Shown piece after piece: positions 1 through 4,784 of a stretch of 6,690 bases of DNA (its first letter is position 1; the number at the start of each line of letters is the position of its first letter). The DNA is from Okeania sp. GTDB lineage: Bacteria; Cyanobacteriota; Cyanobacteriia; Cyanobacteriales; Microcoleaceae. The translations under genes were made by a program, and so were the position numbers. Location: the NCBI RefSeq assembly GCF_035285525.1, contig NZ_JAYKGW010000163.1, forward strand, positions 1 to 6,690. The letters are read 5' to 3'. The notes below the pieces were generated by a model, which had not been told where the DNA came from, did no database searches, and saw nothing but the letters and a program-made list of their open reading frames with translations.

Positions 1-103
1 GTGGTTACTTACGACTTAAATCCAGACTATGAAATGGATTTGGTAATTCGTAAGTCGGCACCATTATGTGTTATTCCATCACTATAGTACATCTGATTCT
101 TAC

Positions 104-129
104 GGTGCGTTATATTTCATTAACCCACC
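104..129. other. Imperfect hairpin (stem GGTGCGTTA / TAACCCACC, 8-nt loop)
   Basis: Positions 104-112 pair with 121-129 at 8 of 9 positions (one C:C mismatch), with loop 113-120. No U-tract follows. It resembles the short dispersed hairpin repeats of filamentous cyanobacteria, but that is from memory only. Confidence 0.3.
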
Positions 130-172
130 CTACTATGACAGAATTTTCAGGTGTATCAGTTTAGTAGTTTAA

Positions 173-180
173 GCGATCGC
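173..180. repeat. HIP1 octamer GCGATCGC
   Basis: Exact palindromic octamer read in the sequence. HIP1 is the highly iterated palindrome typical of many cyanobacterial genomes. Confidence 0.9.
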
Positions 181-197
181 TATTCCCAACCTTACTA

Positions 198-425
198 TTG
201 TGCAATAGTTTCTATAAATTTTCAATAGATGCTAAATTTAGAGGCGCAAATGAAATTTGTGGTATTTCTGGATGTAATTTGGTTACTGCTAGAGAATTAA
301 TGAATAATTTACCAGGAATATTACCGAAAAGACTTTATAAACATCAATATCAAAGGTTAGTTATAAGTTTGAAAAAAGCTGTGGCTAAAGCAATATTGAT
401 AATTAATAATGAAAGGGGAACTTAA
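198..425 (+). CDS. Doubtful small ORF (75 codons, hypothetical)
   Basis: It comes from the ORF track only. It starts at TTG and the first in-frame ATG is at codon 35. The composition is K/I/N-rich, as expected from AT-rich non-coding DNA, and I recognise no motif. Its last ~9 codons lie inside the 100-bp tandem duplication. Confidence 0.2.
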   Translation: MCNSFYKFSIDAKFRGANEICGISGCNLVTARELMNNLPGILPKRLYKHQYQRLVISLKKAVAKAILIINNERGT

Positions 426-597
426 AGTTTAATTTGCTGTCTAACTTGATAATTTTCTAGTCCCAAGCCGATCAAAAAAATAATAACTTTTAGGAATGAA
501 TAATTAATGATGAAAGAGTAACTTAAAGTTTAATTTGCTGTCTAACTTGATAATGTTCTAGTCGCAAGCCGATCAAAAAAATAATAACTTTTAGGAA
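397..597 (+). repeat. Head-to-tail tandem duplication, 2 x ~100 bp
   Basis: The 78-bp core at 419-496 is repeated at 520-597 with 2 substitutions (T->G, C->G), period 101 bp. The preceding ~22 nt (397-418 vs 497-519) also align, with a few changes and a 1-nt indel. Confidence 0.9.
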
Positions 598-681
598 AGT
601 GGTTAGCAAAACTTGTACTGAACTATCTATATTGATAATTTTCAGGGTTTGGATACCAAATTATTACAAATAGTGTAGGAT

Positions 682-711
682 TTGATATTTTCTTGATATC
701 ATATCTATAAT
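682..711 (+). promoter_or_regulatory. Sigma70-like promoter candidate for the orthocaspase gene
   Basis: TTGATA (682-687), an 18-nt spacer, then a perfect TATAAT (706-711). An AAGGA Shine-Dalgarno-like motif at 729-733 lies 10 nt before the ATG at 744. Confidence 0.45.
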
Positions 712-743
712 TTTCATAAAGTAAAAAAAAGGAATAATTCAAA

Positions 744-1952
744 ATGTCTCGTATTTCTCGTCGTCACTTTTTCCAATTTGCCAGTTCAACTCTAGCTACC
801 CTTGGTATCAGTCAATTAAAATTCTTATCTCAAGCTGAAAATTATGGCAAAGTATTAGCTCAAAGTACCTCCCGTAAACTAGCTTTATTAGTAGGAATTA
901 ATGAATATGAAAATCAGCCATTAAGAGGTTGTGTAAATGATATTGCCATGCAATATTATCTACTAAACCATCGTTTTGGTTTTAATCCCAAAGATATAGT
1001 TATTCTGACCAATAAAAAAGCAACTCGCCAAGGAATTTTAGAAGCATTTGAAGAACATTTAGTTAAACAAGCAAAACCTGGAGATGTGGTAGTTTTTAAC
1101 TATTCTGGACATGGTTCTTACGTTATAGATTCCGATCCTATTATCAAGGCTTTTATAGATCCTAAAGGTTTAAGTGGTACGTTAGTTCCAGTTGATAGTT
1201 CTTTTCCTAATCCTGAAACTGGTGGTGTGGTTGATGATATTATGGGGCATACTTTATTTATACTCACATCAGCTTTAAAAACAGAAAACTTTACTGGAAT
1301 ACTTGATAGTTGTTTCGCTGGAATGACAACTAAAGAAGAGTATACTGTTCGTTCTCGTCCGAGTGGAGAGAAAATAAAAATTACTCCTCAAGAAAAAGTT
1401 TATCAAGAAAAGTGGTTATCTCGGTTAGATATCTCTAAGGATGAGTTTGTCAAAGGTTATCAAAGTGGTATTGCCAAAGGAGTATTTTTTGCTGCTTGTC
1501 AACCTCTTCAACTTTCTAAAGAGGTAAAAATTCTTGATTTTTATTCGGGAATTTTTAGTTATTTATTTACACAATATTTATGGCAAGAAACAGGTACGCC
1601 AGAAACAGTTATAAAATACCTTAATAAACAAATTCCACCTCGTTTTCGACAAGATCCACTTTATGAATTTAAGGCAGGTACTAAATTAGATAGTCAAACT
1701 ATATTTTTAACTGAAAATTCTAATCCTGTTGCTGATGCAGTAGTTACGGAAGTTAAAGGGGATAAAGCTAAAATTTGGTTGGGAGGATTAAATGTGAAAC
1801 AAATAGATGGATTAACAACTGGTGCGATATTTAATGTTATTTATCCCCCAGAAAAAACTACTGCTAAGTTAACATTTGAATCACGTCAAGGTTTGGCGGC
1901 AAGAGCGACAATTAAAGGAAATATTGAGCCAGGATTTTTGTTAAGAATCTAA
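744..1952 (+). CDS. Caspase-fold cysteine peptidase (peptidase C14, orthocaspase/metacaspase-like) with Tat signal peptide
   Basis: Intact 402-codon ORF. The N-terminus MSRISRRHFFQFASSTLATLG matches the twin-arginine motif S-R-R-x-F, followed by a hydrophobic stretch and an A-x-A-like site (SQA|EN, near residue 31). The p20-like core is ALLVGINEY...LRGCVNDI...ATR...DVVVFNYSGHGS, with catalytic His123 at nt 1110-1112. LDSCFAG carries catalytic Cys190 at nt 1311-1313. A p10-like FFAACQPLQLSKE motif follows, then a C-terminal ~75-aa beta-rich domain of unknown function. Confidence 0.9.
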   Translation: MSRISRRHFFQFASSTLATLGISQLKFLSQAENYGKVLAQSTSRKLALLVGINEYENQPLRGCVNDIAMQYYLLNHRFGFNPKDIVILTNKKATRQGILEAFEEHLVKQAKPGDVVVFNYSGHGSYVIDSDPIIKAFIDPKGLSGTLVPVDSSFPNPETGGVVDDIMGHTLFILTSALKTENFTGILDSCFAGMTTKEEYTVRSRPSGEKIKITPQEKVYQEKWLSRLDISKDEFVKGYQSGIAKGVFFAACQPLQLSKEVKILDFYSGIFSYLFTQYLWQETGTPETVIKYLNKQIPPRFRQDPLYEFKAGTKLDSQTIFLTENSNPVADAVVTEVKGDKAKIWLGGLNVKQIDGLTTGAIFNVIYPPEKTTAKLTFESRQGLAARATIKGNIEPGFLLRI

Positions 1953-1971
1953 GTGTTTTATATCCCCCCAG

Positions 1972-1990
1972 CCCCCCTTTGAAAGGGGGG
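1972..1990 (+). terminator. GC-rich palindromic hairpin 20 nt after the orthocaspase stop (possible terminator)
   Basis: CCCCCCTTT-G-AAAGGGGGG is a near-perfect palindrome starting 20 nt after the TAA at 1950-1952. No U-tract follows (AGCTAAGAAAA), so terminator function is uncertain. The same motif recurs in the repeat block downstream. Confidence 0.3.
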
Positions 1991-2004
1991 AGCTAAGAAA
2001 AATT

Positions 2005-2193
2005 CCCCCTTTCAAAGGCAGGGACTATTTATTGTCGCTAGAGACAAGGAAGACAAGGAAGAGGGGGGAGAGGGAAGAGAGGGAAGACAAGGAAGACAAG
2101 GAAGAGGGGGAAGAGGGGAGTGTGGAATTGAAAAAATATAGGGTTGTAAATATTCTCTGACGACAAAGAATTAGCCCTGCCTTTGAAAGGGAG
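2005..2193. repeat. Imperfect 33-bp inverted repeat arms (2005-2037 / 2161-2193) flanking a 123-bp core
   Basis: Hand pairing of 2037..2005 with 2161..2193 gives about 27 Watson-Crick pairs of 33. This includes an uninterrupted 17-bp run (2007-2023 with 2175-2191). Confidence 0.75.
2041..2120 (+). repeat. 80-nt polypurine tract with internal 43-bp periodic repeat
   Basis: 76 of 80 bases on the + strand are purines; the only pyrimidines are C at 2045, 2054, 2088 and 2097, and there is no T. GACAAGGAAGACAAGGAAGAGGGGG occurs at 2043-2067 and again at 2086-2110. Confidence 0.9.
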
Positions 2194-2220
2194 AGCTAAG
2201 AAAAATTCCTCCTTGGGGGG

Positions 2221-2284
2221 GAGCCAAGTAAAAGTCCCCCTTTCAAAGGGGGGAGCCAAGTAAAAGTCCCCCTTTCAAAGGGGG
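2221..2284 (+). repeat. 32-bp tandem repeat x2 (GAGCCAAGTAAAAGTCCCCCTTTCAAAGGGGG)
   Basis: Unit 1 (2221-2252) and unit 2 (2253-2284) look identical by eye. Each contains the CCCCCTTTCAAAGGGGG palindrome. Confidence 0.9.
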
Positions 2285-2443
2285 ATTTAGGGGGATTATA
2301 AATTTACTTTAGAAAAAGTCGAAATTGTGCAATTAATACCCTAAATACTTATAAATAAATCGTCAAACAAGTAATTAGTAAATATGTAAAATTACCTCCT
2401 TTTCATGGAAATATTAGATTGGATACTGTTTTTGATGAACAGA

Positions 2444-2451
2444 GCGATCGC
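2444..2451. repeat. HIP1 octamer GCGATCGC
   Basis: Exact octamer read in the sequence. Confidence 0.9.
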
Positions 2452-2460
2452 AGACTAAAG

Positions 2461-2469
2461 TGCTATACT
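2461..2469 (+). promoter_or_regulatory. Extended -10 promoter candidate (TGcTATACT) for the 123-aa ORF
   Basis: TGCTATACT lies 29 nt upstream of the ATG at 2498, and no good -35 is present. In the decayed downstream copy (about 4203-4211) the equivalent sequence reads GCGCTATTT. Confidence 0.35.
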
Positions 2470-2497
2470 GATAATTGATAACTAATAACTGAAATAT

Positions 2498-2869
2498 ATG
2501 AATACTATTGAAATTATTCAAGAATCAAATCCTAATCAACCTGAAAATTATCGGGCAATTTGTGGAGAAAAACAAGCTTTAGGAATTTCTCCTGGGCAGG
2601 CATTAGATGAGTTAGAACAACAACTAACAAATATAGAAACAAATACTTTAATTATTATCCGGAGATTTGTTCCAGACAAATTTTTTCCTCAGCCACAACA
2701 TGACAAGCTTCAACAGTTAATGAATAGGTTTCACGAAAGTCAGGATAATCAACAATTATTATCTAGCAAAGAACAACAAGAATTAGATAAATTAGCCACA
2801 GCAGAATTAGCAGCAGCAGAGGAACGAGCAAGAGAGATATTGGCAAATTTTAAAAATAAAGAAACCTAA
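2498..2869 (+). CDS. Hypothetical 123-aa protein (Q/E-rich helical C-terminus), founder of a local paralog family
   Basis: Intact ORF in AT-rich DNA. Comparison with the decayed paralog at 4241-4630 shows roughly equal numbers of synonymous and non-synonymous substitutions in the first ~85 codons. That is an excess of synonymous change and argues for past purifying selection on a real protein. I cannot name a domain with confidence. Confidence 0.7.
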   Translation: MNTIEIIQESNPNQPENYRAICGEKQALGISPGQALDELEQQLTNIETNTLIIIRRFVPDKFFPQPQHDKLQQLMNRFHESQDNQQLLSSKEQQELDKLATAELAAAEERAREILANFKNKET

Positions 2870-2936
2870 TTTTTGCGAAAGGATGAAGTACAATGGATAT
2901 ATAGAAAAATTTTAAAAATTATGGAAACTAATTTTA

Positions 2937-3344
2937 ATGAATCCTAATTATCCATTTGTTGCTAAAAGAGCTAAAAATCAGTGTGAATATTGTTATGCGC
3001 CAGAGGTAATTTTTAATTTAGCTTTTGAAGTTTAGCATATTATTCCTATTGCCAAAGGGGGATTAAATGAGTTAGAAAATTTAGCATTAGCTTGTCGAAT
3101 TTGTAATCTGAGAAAGTCAAGTTTTATTGATGGAATTGATGAAGTTACTCAAGAGCAAGTTCGCTTATTTAATCCACGCATTGATATTTGGCAGGAACAT
3201 TTTCTTTTTGATAGAGATACTTGTGAAATAATGGGAAAAACTCCCATTGGCCGTGTTATGGTGGAACGCCTCCGCATGAATACTCAAGAACAACTTACTG
3301 CTCGATCGCTCTGGGTTGCTTTAGGCATTTTTGGGAATAACTAA
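2937..3344 (+). pseudogene. HNH endonuclease gene interrupted by one in-frame amber codon (3033-3035)
   Basis: The frame from ATG 2937 reads MNPNYPFVAKRAKNQCEYCYAPEVIFNLAFEV*HIIPIAKGGLNELENLALACRICNLRKSS...RLFNPRIDIWQEHF...GKTPIGRVMVERLRMN...*. This is the classic HNH layout: CxxC, then (D/E)-H, then N, then CxxCN. The C-terminal LFNPR..W..HF..GR extension is typical of a widespread small bacterial HNH family. A TAG replaces the acidic residue directly before the catalytic His (GAG->TAG is a single step). The frame is otherwise open for 135 codons to the TAA at 3342-3344. Confidence 0.85.
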
Positions 3345-3436
3345 AGCAGTACATTCTTTTTCTTTATTTAGGGCAAGATAGACAATAATTTCTTATATCA
3401 AATTTAGGATTACTATAGTATAATTATCAAGTTTTT

Positions 3437-3767
3437 ATGAAAAAAATTATGACAAAACTAATCAAGACTTCTCGGCTGCAAAAAAATAGGATATTTTCGA
3501 CAAATTCTATTTCTACTCAAGAATTAGATCAAGGAGCAATTGAAATAAAAAAAACGTGTAGAAAGCTGTTTTCAAATCTCTGAAAAAATTCGACCGCAAC
3601 TGATTGAAAATTATTACAATTGGTTTATTGCTATTGAACCAGAAAGTGGTGATTGTTTACTTGATAATGACTTGAAAAGTTTGACAACAAAAATAACGTC
3701 ATATAGTCCTACCAGTCAGTTAGTAATTTATCGTATTCATGAAACTGGAGCTTGTGGGAAAATCTAA
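3437..3767 (+). pseudogene. Small-protein gene (usual upstream partner of the aspartyl protease) disrupted by a frameshift in an A8 run
   Basis: The frame from ATG 3437 reads MKKIMTKLIKTSRLQKNRIFSTNSISTQELDQGAIEIKK and stops at TGA 3581. Frame 0 continues from the A8 run (3547-3554) as RVESCFQISEKIRPQLIENYYNWFIAIEPESGDCLLDNDLKSLTTKITSYSPTSQLVIYRIHETGACGKI*, ending at TAA 3765-3767. Removing one A joins the two parts. From memory, the IAIEPESG...Y.I..TG motif resembles small proteins encoded just upstream of retropepsin-like proteases in cyanobacteria. Confidence 0.6.
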
Positions 3768-4142
3768 ATTATTTCTGGGATACTTGGAGAGGAAGGAGAA
3801 CTAATATTTGAGATTTAATTAATTGCTAAAAATGGTAAATTTATTCCTATTGATCCTATTTTAGACACAGGATTTACTACAGGTTATTTAGCAATTATGA
3901 CTCAAGATATAGAATCTTTAGGGTGGAAGAAAGTTCGTTAAAATATAATGTTAAGTACAGCTCAAGGAATGGCATATTTTGAGATTTATGACGGTAGGAT
4001 GATAATGGATCGACAATAATTTACAATTCCAGTTCATGTAAAGGATAATTTACCAGAAATATTGATAGGTGCTTTTTGGTTAGATGCAGTACGAATAGTT
4101 ATAGATAAAGGAAAAGGGATGTTAACTATGGAAATTAAATAA
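3768..4142 (+). pseudogene. Retropepsin-like (clan AA) aspartyl protease pseudogene
   Basis: A single frame reads IISGILGEEGELIFEI*LIAKNGKFIPIDPILDTGFTTGYLAIMTQDIESLGWKKVR*NIMLSTAQGMAYFEIYDGRMIMDRQ*FTIPVHVKDNLPEILIGAFWLDAVRIVIDKGKGMLTMEIK*. The D-T-G active-site signature is at nt 3864-3872. The expected ATG appears as ATT at 3768-3770, directly after the upstream stop. In-frame TAA codons lie at 3816, 3939 and 4017, and there are no frameshifts. Confidence 0.7.
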
Positions 4143-4200
4143 TTAGGTGATTTGAGCAGCAAGGGAACGAACTAGGGAAATATTGGCAAATTTGAAATAA
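4140..4200 (+). pseudogene. 3'-end remnant of a further copy of the 123-aa gene
   Basis: GAGCAGCAAGGGAACGAACTAGGGAAATATTGGCAAATTTGAAATAA aligns with the last ~50 nt of the 2498-2869 gene (GCAGCAGAGGAACGAGCAAGAGAGATATTGGCAAATTTTAAAAATAA). It is followed at 4201-4240 by a copy of that gene's upstream leader (TGATAACTAATAA..TAACTGAAATAT). Confidence 0.6.
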
Positions 4201-4240
4201 AAGCGCTATTTTGATAACTAATAAATAATAACTGAAATAT

Positions 4241-4630
4241 ATGAATACTATTGAAATTATTCAAGAATCCAATCCTAATCAACCTGAAAATTATCGGGCA
4301 ATTTGTGGGGAAAAACAAGCTCTAGGAATTTCTCCTGGTAAAGCATTGGATCAGCTATAACAACAACTAACAAATTTAGAAACAAATACCTTAATTATTA
4401 TCCGGATATTTGTGCCAGACATATTTTTTCCTCAGCCACAACATGAGAAACTTCAACAGTTAATGAATAAGTTTCACGAAAGTCAAAATAATTAACAACT
4501 ATCTAGGGAAGAACAAGAAAAATTAGAGGCATTAGCAGGAGCAGAATTAATACCAGCAACGGAACGAGGTAGAGAGATATTGGCAAATTTTAAAAATAAT
4601 GATAGTATTTTGAAATTATTCAAGAATTAA
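4241..4630 (+). pseudogene. Decayed full-length paralog of the 123-aa gene
   Basis: It aligns along its whole length with 2498-2869; the first 28 nt are identical and divergence increases 3'-ward. In-frame TAA codons lie at 4358-4360 (GAA->TAA) and 4493-4495 (CAA->TAA). There is a 3-bp deletion, and the original stop region is replaced by the start of another copy. Confidence 0.85.
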
Positions 4631-4682
4631 CTCCTAATCAATCTACAAATTATCCCGCAATTTCTCGATAAAAACAACCTTA
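4599..4682 (+). pseudogene. 5' fragment of another copy of the 123-aa gene, abutting the previous copy
   Basis: ATGATAGTATTTTGAAATTATTCAAGAATTAACTCCTAATCAATCTACAAATTATCCCGCAATTTCTCGATAAAAACAACCT aligns with codons 1-28 of the 2498 gene, with indels and about 11 substitutions. Its own frame stops after 4 codons. Confidence 0.65.
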
Positions 4683-4724
4683 TAGAAATTTATTTAAGAT
4701 GCCTATAATACCAAAATATTAGGG

Positions 4725-4741
4725 ACAGGCAAGATGCCTGT
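4725..4741. other. Short perfect hairpin ACAGGCA-AGA-TGCCTGT
   Basis: A 7-bp perfect stem with a 3-nt loop lies between the decayed gene array and the TPR gene. It may be a dispersed repeat or a weak terminator. No U-tract follows. Confidence 0.4.
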
Positions 4742-4742
4742 G

Positions 4743-4771
4743 TTACAATATGAAATGTTGCTGAGTATTAT
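4743..4771 (+). promoter_or_regulatory. Weak promoter candidate for the TPR/CHAT gene
   Basis: TTACAA (4743-4748), a 17-nt spacer, then TATTAT (4766-4771). This would give a near-leaderless transcript relative to the ATGs at 4779 and 4785, so the call is tentative. Confidence 0.25.
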
Positions 4772-4784
4772 AAATTTGATGAGT

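Larger units (their letters stand above)
1972..2297. repeat. Composite block of short dispersed repeats (MITE-like, non-coding)
   Basis: It contains four copies or variants of the CCCCCTTT(C/G)AAAGGGGG palindrome. The direct repeat GAAAGGG..AGCTAAGAAAAATTCC occurs at 1981-2006 and 2185-2210. It also holds an inverted repeat pair, a polypurine core and a 32-bp tandem repeat, and ends in GGGGGATTTAGGGGGATT. No ORF is plausible here. Confidence 0.8.

Noticed and set aside
1-87. Open frame running in from the left edge (VVTYDLNPDYEMDLVIRKSAPLCVIPSL*), possibly the 3' end of an upstream gene
   Set aside because: It is only 28 codons with no recognisable motif. An open stretch of that length is not rare by chance, even in AT-rich DNA. 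It is left unannotated, and the flanking sequence would settle it.
598-743. Riboswitch or structured leader upstream of the orthocaspase gene
   Set aside because: The segment is extremely AT-rich and I could find no convincing conserved stems. A simple promoter plus SD explains it adequately.
2038-2259. 73-aa minus-strand ORF from the ORF track (…PLFPLFLVFLVFPLFPLPPLPCLPCL)
   Set aside because: It is simply the reverse translation of the polypurine tract and the G5/C5 palindromic repeats. It is low-complexity, has no start context, and lies entirely inside the repeat block.
2215-2285. Possible CRISPR array (32-bp direct repeats with palindromic cores)
   Set aside because: There are only two units, directly abutting with no spacers, and no cas genes or leader. 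It is a tandem duplication of a dispersed palindromic repeat.
2937-4630. Stop-codon reassignment or programmed read-through as the explanation for the many in-frame stops
   Set aside because: Both TAA and TAG occur in-frame, and TAA also terminates the intact orthocaspase and 123-aa ORFs at sensible positions. The same region also shows a frameshift, a lost start codon, a deletion and truncated copies. Ordinary pseudogenisation is the simpler reading.
2498-4630. Diversity-generating retroelement-style template/variable repeat pair (the two copies of the 123-aa gene)
   Set aside because: Differences between the copies involve all four bases (T->C, G->A, A->G, G->T and others) and are not adenine-specific. 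No reverse transcriptase is present, and one copy carries stops.
1972-4700. Autonomous mobile element (IS, transposon or integron) explaining the island
   Set aside because: No transposase, integrase or recombinase ORF, intact or decayed, could be read in any frame. No long terminal inverted repeats bracket the island. Only small MITE-like repeats are present.
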